A stretch of DNA of 64,000 nt from the NCBI RefSeq assembly GCF_001194135.2, contig NC_069003.1:26629860-26693859 (forward strand), written 5' to 3'. Source of the stretch: Octopus bimaculoides (lineage: Eukaryota). Shown here piece after piece: positions 46,231 through 59,376 of the stretch. The stretch's first letter is position 1. Each line of letters begins with the position of its first letter. Below the pieces are notes generated by a model. The model had not been told where the DNA came from. It saw only the letters and a list, made by a program, of their open reading frames with translations, and did not search any database. Both the position numbers and the translations under genes were made by a program.

Positions 46231-47901
46231 TAGTAGTAAGGCAGTGCGCTGGTTGAATCGTCAGTGTACCCGACTAAATACTTAGCGGTATTTCTTCCGG
46301 CTATACGTTCTGAATTCAAATTCGGCCGAGGTCGACTCTGTCTCTCCTCCTTTCGAGGTTGAAAAACAAGTACCGGTTGGGTACTGGGTCGATGTAATCG
46401 ACTAGCCCCGACCCTCAAAAATTTCAGGCGTTGTCCATCTTGGCGAAATGATTGTTAACTAGTCTTAGTAGTTGTCGGATTAATTGCTGAAGTGGTGGTA
46501 GTCAGCCGAAGGCGGTAACTTCAATAGTCGTAGTCGTAGTAGTAGTGGTGGTAACAACTACACCAGCAGCGTAGATAGTAACGGTAGTAGTGGTAGTAGT
46601 GAGAAACAGTAAGAACGTTGTTGTTACTGTCGGTAGCGATGTGTTCAAGAACTTCACTGTTTCTTCAGAATCGGACGTTGCCTATTTAGCGGAATCTAAC
46701 ACTGAAATGGAGAATGGTTAAATTATAGTAGCAAGAGCAGCAGTAGCAGAAGCACCACCACCACCGCCACCACCACCACTAACAATAAGGGAAAGAGGGA
46801 GAGAGAGTTTTTATTCGAATTTTGGCATCGAAGTTAGGAAAAGTTGGTGGAAAAAAGTTAGAGAATTAAATTTAAAGCACAATAGGATAGTGATGATGAT
46901 AATGATGATGACAATGATGATGGTGATGATGATGATGATGGGGATGCTGACAACGACGACGACGATGATGATGATGGCGGTGATGACTTAAGAAGTTGGA
47001 ACAGAAAACTTTTCCACGTGAAGTTTTAAGGGCGACCACGTCGAAATGTGGAAACTGTTGAAAGAAACTACTAGATTCTGGATTATTTTTCTAACAAAAG
47101 AAACTCGCTTTTACTAACACACTTCTTCTTCTCACTACTACTGCCACTACTACTACTACTATTGAAAACTGTGACCTAAATTATTTAAAGTTTAAGGGAC
47201 AATTTCACACATTATTTCAAATTTCAAATTTTCATATTTTCTCTTTAATTTGGAAATAAGACAAACTTTTTCGAATATTTCAATTAAGAATTTTATTGCG
47301 TACGGCATTCAAGTACATCTCTTAAAAAAAGTATAATAGGGTACTTTGTTTTTATCCACGGACCTACCGAAATACAATGTGATGTGATGTCGTATGAACT
47401 GGAAAATTACAAGGCTTTCCCCCAAATAGTGAAATTACTTTTAAAAAAATCATCTTAGACTTGATAAACTTCTCTAATTTAAATATCTACAAAAAGAAAA
47501 TCAAATAAAATGGTATAGAATTAATCAATATCGTTTCCCTTCTGTATATATTGGTAAAGAAGGAAGTTGTATTAATTTAAATGATTGTCAATAAAAGTTA
47601 TTTTGCGTGTGTGTGTGTGTGTCTGTAGAAAAAAAAGTTATAAACTCAAATACATTTATTACAACACACGACAAAAATAACAGTTGGAAAAGATAATATC
47701 TTTTCTTTTATTAATTCCGACCAACTTCAAAAACACCGAAAAAGTACAAAAATAAAAAAGAAAAAAGAACTTTTAAAACCTCTTCCGGTTTATTTATGAA
47801 CTTTGAGGATTTCAGTTACTCCCTTACTACTTTGTTTCTACCCGACTTGGCTTCAGCCACCCGGCTATCATGCGGTTTGATCTTAAGTCAGACATCGAGA
47901 T

Positions 47902-48372
47902 ATGATGAACGGGTTAATAGTTTTCGAAGTGATCTTGTTATCATGTGTAGTAGTTTCCCTAATGACCCCTACTTCTGTCACACGTGCCTGTAAGTTTCGC
48001 GTCGACGCATGCGAACCTTTAAAAAGCAATGTTTGTTTAGGGGCCCAGGTTGATTTCACTCATACTTCGACCGTATTTCTGAGAGACGGCGGTAACGACA
48101 ATTCGACCGTGACGCAAGAAGAGATTCAACAGAAGTTACAACTATGGAAAGGACTCCAGAATTTCCACAAGTGTTGGTCGGTGGTGCAGCATCTCTTGTG
48201 TTCTGTCTATGTACCGAAATGCGATCCGAACACGGCTGAAGTTGAATATCCCAGTCGCGAGTGGTGCCAAAGCGCCGAAAAACAATGTAGAATTGTAGAG
48301 ACTTTTAACAAGGATCAGGGATGGCCATCCTTCCTACGATGTCAGGCCAATCACTTTAAGGAATCTTGTAAA
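47902..48372 (+). CDS. SMO: Smoothened coding exon 1: signal peptide plus Frizzled-type cysteine-rich domain
   Basis: MMNGLIVFEVILLSCVVVSL signal peptide; CEPL...CLG...LWKGLQNFHKCWSVVQHLLCSVYVPKC...PSREWC...C.IV....GWPSFLRC, matching the Smo CRD; donor AAA|GTAAGT at 48372/48373. Confidence 0.95.
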
Positions 48373-51169
48373 GTAAGTTTTAGTTTCTTTTATTTATTCT
48401 ACATCGTTAAAAAAAGTTTTCTAAATATGTTTCACAGATGTAAAACACAGATCCATCTATCTATATACCCGTTTACTGTCTATCTAATCATCTATTTGAT
48501 ATCCATCTAAACGCACTCTCTCTTTACATATATATCTAGCTGTCTGTCTATCTTTCTATCTGTTTGTCCGTCTCTCAGGCTATCAGTCTTTCTATATCTC
48601 TTCATCTTTCTGTATGCATGTAAATTATGTCTCATACCTATTACAGAGAGGGGTCTCCACCATTAGGTTACTATCTTCCTCATTTATGAGCTACTTTCTA
48701 GGGAAGGAGATGACTAGTAAATGAACTTATTGTATACAGTGCTCAGGTGCACTACATGGCTCAATGGTTAGAGCGCCAGGCTCACAATCATGAGGTAGTG
48801 AGTTCTATTCCTGGACTGGGGCTATGTGTTGTGTTCTTGAGCAAGACACTTCATTTCATATTGGTTCAGTTCACTCATCTGTAGAAATGAATTGCGATGT
48901 CACTGGTGCCAAGCTGTATCGGCCTTTGCTTTTCCCTTGGACAACATCAGTGGTGTGCAGAGGGAAGGCTGGTATGCATGGGCAACTGCTGGTCTTCCAT
49001 AAACAACCTTACCTGGATTTGTGCCTCAGAGTGTAACTTTCATGCTGCAATTCCATGATCAGTTAAGATTGAAGGGCTCTTTACTTTACCGTTTACCATG
49101 TGAACATAAAAGGAATGTCTGTTTTACAATTAAGCGATGTTGCTATTCATGTCAACCCCTACTGAAGTAGGAGTGGAACCTGTTGTCAACCAGGCAAACT
49201 GAACCGGGTAGATTTTGTATTTTCACCCTAGTGTTTACCACTTAGCCACTCTTCTACTGTGATATGTTTGCGTATGGTCTTTGGTATGACTTTTAAACTG
49301 CATCTGGCAGCAGGGTCCTGATTTGGGAGTTCTAGGGTCTTTAAGAAATGTGGAACACCTTTTAGCCAGGTGTAGCTGTGTGGTATAGGCCCTGGTGTGG
49401 CCGTATGGTAAGAAGCTGACTTCCCAACCACATGTTTCTGGGTTCAGTCCCACTGCATGGCATCTTGGCCAAGTGTCTTCTGCTATAGCCTCGGGCTGAC
49501 CAAAAAGCCTTGTGTGTGGATTTGGTAGACGGAAACTGAAATATATATATGCACCAGCATGACCGCAGCCACTTGGCTGAAACACATAAATAAATAAATA
49601 TATATATATATACATCATCATTATATCATTTAGCATATATGTGTGTGTGTATGTGTCAACCCACCACTGCTCGATAACTTGTGTTGGTGTATTTATGTCT
49701 CTGTAACTTAACAGTTCGGCAAAAGAATTGATAGAATAAGTATCAGGCTTAAAATTAAGTACTACGGTCGATGCATTTGACTAAAAATTCTTCAAAGTGG
49801 TGCCCCAGCATGGCCACAGTCAAATGACCAAAACAAGTGAAAGATAAAAGATTAAGTCTACTCTAACCCAAGAATTGTAGCACCTGTCTGGGACCCAGTT
49901 ATGGGTTAATTAGTATACTACGGCTTGCCTATCTTTCTATGTGAAGACAAGATCTGACGGACTCTGCAGAAGAACTCTTCATGGTCCAGTGGTTTTACGA
50001 GTCTTCTCAAGCATGGCATATCGCCAAAGGTCTCAGTCACTTATCACCTCCACAAGGCTCAACATTTGAAGGGTACTTTTTGAATGCCACTGGCATCGGT
50101 GCCTGTTACGTGACACTGGCACCGGCCACGACTACAACTTCACTTGGCTTGATGTGTCTTCTCAAGCATGGCATATCGCCCAAAGTCTCGGTCACTTGTC
50201 ATTGCCTCCATAAGGCCCAACGTTCGAAGATCATGCTTCACCACCTCATCCTATGTCCTCCTGGGTCTACCTCTTCCACAGGTTCCCTCCACAGTTAGAA
50301 ATTGGCACTTTACACAGTTGTCCTTGTCCATACGCATCGCATGACCATACCAGTGCAGTCATCTTTCTTGCACACCACATCTGATGCCTCTTATGCCCAG
50401 CTTTTCTCTCAAGATACTTACACTCTGTCGTACATGCACACTGACATTGCACATTCAGTGAAGCTTATTCTCCACCATGTCAAATCGCAGTCTACCAGGA
50501 AATACATGAAGCATATGTATTATATATATGTATATATTGTTCATGGTGTTGATTACAATAGCGCTAATCCTTTTCATATTTGAATATATAGATATACAAA
50601 GATGGCGAACTGGCAGAAACATTAGCACGCCGGGCGAAATGTTTAGCGGTATTTTGTCTGCCGTGACTTTCTGAGTTCAAATTCTGCCGAGTTCGACTTT
50701 GCCTTTCATCCTTTCAGGGTCGATAAATTAAGTACTAGTTACGCACTGGGGTCGATGTAATCGACTTAATCCGTTTGTCTGTCCGTCCTTGTTTGTCCCC
50801 TCTGTGTGTAGNNNNNNNNNNACTAGTTACGCACTGGGGTCGATGTAATCGACTTAATCCGTTTGTCTGTCCGTCCTTGTTTGTCCCCTCTGTGTGTAGC
50901 CCCTTGTAGGCAGTAAAGAAATAAGAAACGTTAGCATGCTGGGCGAAATGCTTAGCGATATTTGGGTCTGTATAACGAAAGAAGGAGTGAAAAAAACCAA
51001 TAAATAGTGTGTGAGTATATGTGTGTGTAAAAGAGGGGTATGTTTGCCTGCATGTGTGTGTGTGTATGTACAATGGAAATGGGATGGTAACGTTCAACGC
51101 TGAAAATGTGTGAGTATATGTATGTGTGTGCATGTACAAGAGAACCATTGTGAAACTTTACATATACAT

Positions 51170-51397
51170 GTAAAGTAAAAAAAAAAAATCGGAAAAATAA
51201 TCCAGAATTCTTGTCCAGTACCGGATCGATCCCAAAATCTAATCAGTTCTTGCCAGTCACGAGGCCAAACATCCCTGAAAGTTTCATCCGAATCCATCCA
51301 GCAGTTCTTGGGATATATAGATATATGTCCATGGACAAACAAACAAACAAATGTGACTGAAAACAATACCTTGGTCTTTGCTAAGATGGAGGTAATA
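51170..51397 (+). mobile_element. Helentron/HINE-like non-autonomous element (tentative)
   Basis: CCGGATCGATCCCAAAATCTAATCAG...TTTCATCCGAATCCATCC...ACAAACAAAC...AAAACAATACCTTGG...GGAGGTAATAA resembles widespread Helentron-associated short elements; recognition is by eye only. Confidence 0.4.
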
Positions 51398-52347
51398 AAA
51401 TAAAATAAAATAAAATAAAATAAAATAAAATAAAATAATAAAATAAAATAAAATAAAATAAAATAAAATAGAATAAAATAAAATAAAATAAAATAAAATA
51501 AAATAAAATAAAATAAAATAATAAAATAAAATAAAATAAAATANNNNNNNNNNNNNNNNNNNNNNNNNNNNNNNNNNNNNNNNNNNNNNNNNNNNNNNNN
51601 NNNNNNNNNNNNNNNNNNNNNNNNNNNNNNNNNNNNNNNNNNNNNNNNNNNNNNNNNNNNNNNNNNNNNNNNNNNNNNNNNNNNNNNNNNNNNNNNNNNN
51701 NNNNNNNNNNNNNNNNNNNNNNNNNNNNNNNNNNNNNNNNNNNNNNNNNNNNNNNNNNNNNNNNNNNNNNNNNNNNNNNNNNNNNNNNNNNNNNNNNNNN
51801 NNNNNNNNNNNNNNNNNNNNNNNNNNNNNNNNNNNNNNNNNNNNNNNNNNNNNNNNNNNNNNNNNNNNNNNNNNNNNNNNNNNNNNNNNNNNNNNNNNNN
51901 NNNNNNNNNNNNNNNNNNNNNNNNNNNNNNNNNNNNNNNNNNNNNNNNNNNNNNNNNNNNNNNNNNNNNNNNNNNNNNNNNNNNNNNNNNNNNNNNNNNN
52001 NNNNNNNNNNNNNNNNNNNNNNNNNNNNNNNNNNNNNNNNNNNNNNNNNNNNNNNNNNNNNNNNNNNNNNNNNNNNNNNNNNNNNNNNNNNNNNNNNNNN
52101 NNNNNNNNNNNNNNNNNNNNNNNNNNNNNNNNNNNNNNNNNNNNNNNNNNNNNNNNNNNNNNNNNNNNNNNNNNNNNNNNNNNNNNNNNNNNNNNNNNNN
52201 NNNNNNNNNNNNNNNNNNNNNNNNNNNNNNNNNNNNNNNNNNNNNNNNNNNNNNNNNNNNNNNNNNNNNNNNNNNNNNNNNNNNNNNNNNNNNNNNNNNN
52301 NNNNNNNNNNNNNNNNNNNNNNNNNNNNNNNNNNNNNNNNNNNNNNN

Positions 52348-52416
<69 letters not shown>

Positions 52417-52769
52417 CATCACAAGAAAAACCATTGCAAATGAGATGAGTCAGTAGTTTCAAGTGACCAAATAAACAGACTCTAATATGAAATTATGTTT
52501 AGGCTTCAATACATGCTAATGTCTAGACCCTGATTTTCTCTGTTTCTCACCCAGATTGTATAAGGCCTGTCATGAGCCCCAGGACTCGTAAGGCTGGAAA
52601 GTTTAACCAGGTTTCCATGATATGTATCTGATTGAGATTACAAACACTCCTTCTTGAATGGAAAGCCTGTCCACCACAGAGTTAACTCCCCTGCTATTGC
52701 TGGGACTTATTTACAATCGAGTGGATTGGAGCAGTGTTGTCAAATGAAGCATTTAATAACACAAAGCAC

Positions 52770-53203
52770 CGTCCGAGCGTGATCATTGCCAGAACAGCTG
52801 TCTGGCTTCCGTGCCAGTGGCACGTAAATAGCGCCATTTGAGTGGGATCGTTACCAGCGTCGCCTTACTGGTACTTGTGCCGGTGGCACATGTAAAGACA
52901 TTCGAGCGAGGTTGTTGCCAGTGCCGCTGGACTGGCTCCTGTGCAAGTGGCACGTAAAAAACACCATTTTGAGCGTGGCCATTGCCGGTACCGCCTGACT
53001 GGCCCTCGTGCCGGTGGTACGTAAAAGTACCCACTACACTCTCGGAGTGGTTGGCGTTAGGAAGGGCATCCAGCTGTAGAAACTCTGCCAGATCAGATTG
53101 GAGCCTGGTGTAGTCATCTGGTTCACCAGTCTTCAGTCAAATCGTCCAACCCATGCTAGCATGGAAAGCAGACGTTAAACGATGATGATGATGATGATGA
53201 ATA
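52770..53203 (-). mobile_element. RTE-tailed SINE with (GAT)n tail; representative copy
   Basis: ...GGAAGGGCATCCAGCTGTAGAAACTCTGCC...CCAACCCATGCTAGCATGGAAAGC(A/G)GACGTTAAACGATGATGATG. Opposite-orientation copies at about 61550-61830, 62445-62730 and 63435-63580. Confidence 0.7.
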
Positions 53204-53774
53204 CACNNNNNNNNNNNNNNNNNNNNNNNNNNNNNNNNNNNNNNNNNNNNNNNNNNNNNNNNNNNNNATGTAAAGACATTCGAGCGAGGTTGTTGCCAGT
53301 GCCGCTGGACTGGCTCCTGTGCAAGTGGCACGTAAAAAACACCATTTTGAGCGTGGCCATTGCCGGTACCGCCTGACTGGCCCTCGTGCCGGTGGTACGT
53401 AAAAGTACCCACTACACTCTCGGAGTGGTTGGCGTTAGGAAGGGCATCCAGCTGTAGAAACTCTGCCAGATCAGATTGGAGCCTGGTGTAGTCATCTGGT
53501 TCACCAGTCTTCAGTCAAATCGTCCAACCCATGCTAGCATGGAAAGCAGACGTTAAACGATGATGATGATGATGATGAATACACTGTAATGCACTGCTTA
53601 GTCCAGGAATTGAAACCATGATCATATGATTGTGAGTGCAACACCCTAATCACTTAGTCACACTCCTTCACTCCACGTTGTACAATTGTCATTTATTTCT
53701 TGCTGAGATATTTCAACAAGGTGTTAATGAAATCTTTGTCTCAAATGGTCACTTTACTTGTTTCTTTCATCCAG

Positions 53775-53953
53775 CTGACCTTCCTGATCGACTGGAAGAA
53801 TGCCAGCCGCTATCCTGCCCTCATCCTGTTTTTCATTAATATCTGCTTTGTGATGGGCAGCATTGGATGGTTGGCCCAGTTTGCTGGAAATGCTCGAGAG
53901 GATATTGTATGTAATGCTGACAAAACTGTACGGATTGGTGAACCGCAACCAGG
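53775..53953 (+). CDS. SMO: Smoothened exon (end of TM1 to ECL1): [25 protein letters not shown]...GEPQPG
   Basis: Acceptor TTTCATCCAG|CTG, donor GG|GTAAGT (phase 2); aligns to human [36 protein letters not shown]. Confidence 0.95.
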
Positions 53954-54157
53954 GTAAGTAATTGCTGATATAGGGTTTCTGGTCCATTCATGTTGTTGGG
54001 TAAGCATCAATACCGTACTAAATTCTGGTGTCTCAACTTAAGTGCCATATTCATCTCAATCTAAATTTTTTCTGAACTCATCTACCATACCCAAAGTATA
54101 TATATATATCCCTATATATATAACCAATGTTTTTCTTGTAAATATATATCTGTTGCC

Positions 54158-54194
<37 letters not shown>

Positions 54195-54680
54195 GTTGAG
54201 GCAGTGAACTGGCAAGATCATTAGCACACTGGAAGAAATGCTTAGCAGTATTTCGCTCATCGCTATGTTCTGAGTTCAAATTCCGCCAAGGTCGACTTTG
54301 CCTTTCATCCTTTTGGACACTGTGGGTCGATGTAATCGACTCATCCCCACCTTCCCCAAGCTGCTCTTGTGACAAAAATTTGCAATAATAATAATAATAA
54401 TAATAATAATAGTGGAATCTAAAAACAGAAACAATTCCTATCATAGTAGGTGCGTTAGGTATAATAAAAAGATATTCAGACAAATACATAACAAAAACAC
54501 CAGGACTTACAAATATATATAACATACAGAAAATTGCACTACTGGGCACTGCACACATCCTACGTAAAATACTTTCAATACAGTAACCATAAGAGCACCA
54601 CAGCAAACCACAGCACATACCCAAGGCGCACAGAGCTGCGCTCGGTAGTGAAGTGAAAGCACATTATAAAAATAAAACTG

Positions 54681-54720
<40 letters not shown>

Positions 54721-54763
54721 CTACTGAACAATAATAATTGTTTTTGTTTTTGTTGTTTTCCAG

Positions 54764-54983
54764 TTCTGGTGAAAGTGCTTCCTGCAGCATCATATTCCTC
54801 CTCATCTACTATTTCACAATGGCTGGCGTCCTTTGGTTTGTCATGCTCTCCTACGCCTGGCATACAACATTCAAGGCTCTTGGTACCCCCCGTGATATAC
54901 TCAGTGGTAAAACTGCCTATTTTCACATCATTTCATGGTGTGTCCCTTTGGTACTCTCCATCACCTGCCTTGCATCTTCAGAA
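54764..54983 (+). CDS. SMO: Smoothened exon (TM3-TM4): SGESASCSIIFLLIYYFTMAGVLWF...CLASSE
   Basis: Acceptor GTTTTCCAG|T, donor GAA|GTAAGC, 220 nt; WHTTFKALG...LSGKTAYFH matches Smo ICL2. Confidence 0.95.
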
Positions 54984-56714
54984 GTAAGCTCATCTTTCAT
55001 TTGAGATTTTCATGTTTTCCAAGACAATATTTAACCCTTTTGTTGCCATATTTCTTTTGAAATACCCCCTTCTTTTTTATTTCAATTAATTTTGAAAGTA
55101 ATGAAGTATATAGCAACATAATTGCCAACGTGTTTTGACATTTAGCTTGTATATGTACAGATGAGGACAGCTGTGTTAAGTGTTGAACCCTAATTGTGGA
55201 AGGGGTAGACTTAGGAAGACGTGGGTTGAAGCGGTGAGAAAGGATCTTCAGATGTTGAGCCTCACTGAGGAACTGACAAGGGACAGGGAGATGTGGTGAT
55301 TTGCTAGCGTCGCCTTACTGGCACTTGTGCCGGTGGCACGTAAAAAAACATTCGAGTGAGGTCATTGCCAGTGCAGGTAGACTGGCTCCTGTGCAGGTGG
55401 ACTGGCTCCTGTGCAGGTGGCATATAAAAAACACCATTTGAATGTGGCCGTTGCTAGTACTGCCTGACAGGCCTTCGTGCCGGTGGCACGTAAAAGCACC
55501 CACTACACTCTCGGAGTGATTGGTGTTTGTAATTTTCTTTTATGGAAGGTTTTAATTTAGTTCACTTCAAAGTAGGAAGTTTGTATTATAAATCCATGGA
55601 TAGTCTTGGGTGGTTTGGTATCAAAATGGTTAAATTGTTCAAATATAAATTAATTGAAGCCACTGTTTATTTAATTAGACATGTAATCAGGTAAAGAGTT
55701 AATCAGGATATGAGACATTTTGGCACAGCTGTTTTGGCACTGCCTATGTAGCAATGCTGCGTTGATGCTGACTTATTTGACATCAGACATTTTAACATTT
55801 TTCTCATTCTCTCTCTCCTCACCCCACTCTCTCTTTCTCTGTTGTTCTCTCTTTGTCTCTCTTTCTCCCTTTCTGTCTCTCCTCTCTTTCTTTCTGTCTC
55901 TCTGTTTATGTGTGTGAGTATATTTCTCTTTATGTGTCTGAAGAGAGGGGAAATGTTTCTGTCAATTGTGTTCAATTAATAAATTGCAATGCCTCTCGTT
56001 CCTTCTCTCTTTCTCTCCTCTCTCTTTCACTCTTTCTATCTGTATATTTTTTCACATACATGTCTGTGTGTCTCTGGGAGTATTTGCCTCTCTGCCAGAA
56101 CATACAACCTCCAAAACAAAGCTAAATAACTATTCAGCTACACTGAATCACCTGTGTCCAGTTGTTCCATTCCTGGTTAATTATCAGACATAATTATAAC
56201 TGTATTATAACAACAATAGCAACAGAGTGTAATTGATCAAAATTACTTAACCTATACTTCTTACAGACATTCTGATGTATCCATTCATAAAGGTATGTTG
56301 TTTAACTTGTGTTCACCTTTTGTTTACCTTCTATTTACCATCCGCTTACCTTCTGTTCATCTTCCCTTGCTTTTGGTCTTCCTTATCTCAGACTCAACAC
56401 TTCTTCTGCATTGCCTATGTATTTTTTTTGTTTTTGATTTTTGGCTTTGATCTCTGCTTCTTTATGGGGTATGGGCTGTTTTGGCGCAGCTGTTTTGGTG
56501 CTGCCTTTTTGGCGCAGCTAATTTGATGTTGACTTACTTGACATCAGATGTTTTAATGTTTTTCTCTATTTTTCCTACTCCCTCTCTTTCTCTCGTTATG
56601 TGTATTAGGAGAGGGAAAGTGCTTATGTCAGACTTGTACAATAAATCAAAATATCTCATGTTCTGTCTCTCACTCTCTCTACTTATGGTGTATATTTCTG
56701 TATGTATGTATATA

Positions 56715-56943
56715 TTGGGTTGTCCGGAAAGTTCGTGCCGATTTATAGTAGCTTACCTTTTGACTTATTTGCCATGAAACCACCTCAATTCTGGGAAGAG
56801 GGTATTTTCAAGTTAAAGGAAAGATGGAGACGCATTGTGCAACAAAATGGTTCATATTTGGTCGATTAAAAATGTAATGGCAAGTATTTATTGACCTTTC
56901 TCTTTCCTTTAAAAACTCGGCACAAACTTTCCGGACAACCCAA
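56715..56943 (+). mobile_element. mariner-derived MITE (same family as 5894-6122)
   Basis: TA|TTGGGTTGTCCGGAAAG ... CTTTCCGGACAACCCAA|TA; the interior reads FWEEGIFKLKERWRRIVQQNGSYLVD*, a mariner transposase C-terminus. Confidence 0.85.
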
Positions 56944-57151
56944 TATATGTTTGCGTTCATGTATGTTGTGTGTGTTGTGTATCATGTGTGTATGTTTGTG
57001 TGTGGGTATGTTTGTGTGTGTTTGTGTGTATGTGTGTGTTTGCATGTGTATGTGTGTTTGTGTGTGTGTGTGTGTTTGTGTGTGTGTATGTATGTGTGTG
57101 TGAGTGTGTGTTNNNNNNNNNNTGTGTGTGTGTATGTATGTGTGTGTGAGT

Positions 57152-57190
<39 letters not shown>

Positions 57191-58158
57191 TACATGTATT
57201 TGCCTCCAGTACCCAACTGTACTATCAGCAAAACAGATCGAATATCCAGTCAGCTGTGCCAAGTCGTCAGCATCCAAACAGCCATGCCCATCATCTCATT
57301 CCAATCCATTATATGACACCCACTCCTTCTACCAGTGCCCACCTTTAGCTCCCATTCTCCTTTTGAAATCTTGTCCTTCTTTCATCATTTTTCTGTTATT
57401 CTTCCTTATTCCATCCCTGAATGCTACCCTATATGACCTTCCCTCAAGGTGTCGGTGTATTCCTTCTTTCTCAAGGTGTTGGCATATTTCTCGTCTATAC
57501 CAGTTTTTCCTCTCTGCTTCTTTTTTAATATCTGATTTCAGCAGAAACAGAAATCACGATATTGCTGAAACACAGGCAGAATACTGCCCCTTTTTGCAAA
57601 AATGTCCTTGATTCAGTTACTTGATTTATCAATGGTGTAGCCTAGGATTGAACCCACAACTCTAGTTTACATTTTAAAATAAAGTGAGCTGTATAAAATA
57701 AAGAAATATAATTGAAAGACGAACTCCTGGAGAAATTTGAACTCACATCCACTTGATAACTTGGTGTGTGTAATTACCATTGTACCACATGTCGTCAACT
57801 TAATGTTTTTACTTACAATTCAGGTTTGGTCCCACTACACAAGGCTTTGATTTTTATCATAGAGTGAGTTGGTTTGTTAGTAAAATTTAGTTGATACAGT
57901 TCAGAAATTGTGTGGAATCCTGGTTGATATGTGTGTGTGAGTATGTGTGTGTGTGCGTGTGTGTGTCTGTGAGTGTGAGTGTATATATAATGTATAGGTG
58001 CTGGAGTGGCTGTGAGGTAAGTCACTCGCTTGCCAACCACATGGTTCTGGGTTCAGCCCACAGTAGATGGTACCTTGGGCATGTGTCTTCTACTATAATC
58101 TTGGGCCTTGTGAGTGGATTTGGTAGATGGAAACTAGAAGAAGCCTGTTGTGTGTATG

Positions 58159-58189
<31 letters not shown>

Positions 58190-58734
58190 NNNNNNNNNNN
58201 NNNNNNNNNNNNNNNNNNNNNNNNNNNNNNNNNNNNNNNNNNNNNNNNNNNNNNNNNNNNNNNNNNNNNNNNNNNNNNNNNNNNNNNNNNNNNNNNNNNN
58301 NNNNNNNNNNNNNNNNNNNNNNNNNNNNNNNNNNNNNNNNNNNNNNNNNNNNNNNNNNNNNNNNNNNNNNNNNNNNNNNNNNNNNNNNNNNNNNNNNNNN
58401 NNNNNNNNNNNNNNNNNNNNNNNNNNNNNNNNNNNNNNNNNNNNNNNNNNNNNNNNNNNNNNNNNNNNNNNNNNNNNNNNNNNNNNNNNNNNNNNNNNNN
58501 NNNNNNNNNNNNNNNNTATATATATATATATTTTATCTTTTACTGCAGCCATGCTGGGACACTGCTTTGAAGGAATAGATAAACCTCATTACTTATTTAA
58601 AAAGTAGTCTGGGTTTTATTTCTATCAGTCGCTTTTGCTGAATCACTAAGTCATGGGGACATAAATCAACATTGTTGTGAAGTGGTTTTGTATGACAAAC
58701 ATAGACAGAAAAACACCCAAACGCACATGCGCAT

Positions 58735-58768
<34 letters not shown>

Positions 58769-59252
58769 TGGGCTTCTTTCACTCTCTGTCTATCAAATCC
58801 ACTTACAAGGCTTTAGTCAACTTGAGGGCTATTGTAGAAGATACTTGCCTAAGATACCAAGCAGTGAGACTGAACCCAGAACCATGTGGTTGGGAAGCAG
58901 ACTTCTTACCACACAGCCACACCTATGCCTATATCGATGTTAGTTGTAAATCACACTTAGATCTGTGGATAATGCAGTAGTAATGTGTATTAGGCTTTAA
59001 CTGAGAGATGTGAGTTCAAATTCCAACCTGATATTCTTTCTGTCTTTATATCTTTCTGTTGTTCTTTTCACACTTTATCAGGAAACAATTTAAAACAACG
59101 GCAACAGTTGTTCAGACTATTTAATCCAAATAGGTAAATTTACATACCTATCCAACCCATAGCAATGTAAAAGATTATTGTTAAGAATACCCCTACTCAC
59201 AATTAATTAATAATCATTAACTAATTTGAAAGACATAAACTCTAATTTACAG

Positions 59253-59376
59253 ATCGATGGTGATTATATATCTGGTATATGTTTCGTTGGCTATGTCAAC
59301 CGTGGAATACGTGCTCTATTTGTTCTTGTACCAATTGCCATAGTCCTTATCTTAGGACTCAATTTTATGGTCAGAA
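59253..59376 (+). CDS. SMO: Smoothened exon (ECL2-TM5): [41 protein letters not shown]
   Basis: Acceptor AATTTACAG|ATC, donor A|GTAAGT (phase 1), 124 nt. Confidence 0.95.

Larger units (their letters stand above)
4497..58516. other. Assembly gaps (N runs): 4497-5224, 22475-22938, 23877-24551, 25221-25320, 40813-41610, 51544-52347, 53207-53267, 58190-58516, plus several gaps of about 10-16 N
   Basis: Directly visible; most are flanked by microsatellites or SINEs. Confidence 0.98.

Noticed and set aside
4242-58607. Long ORFs of 150-450 aa in the track (e.g. 4388-5740, 22392-22976, 23814-24593, 40694-41638, 51094-52434, 57891-58607)
   Set aside because: They are open only because they run through N gaps and (AT)n, (AC)n or (AAT)n microsatellites; they have no real coding content.
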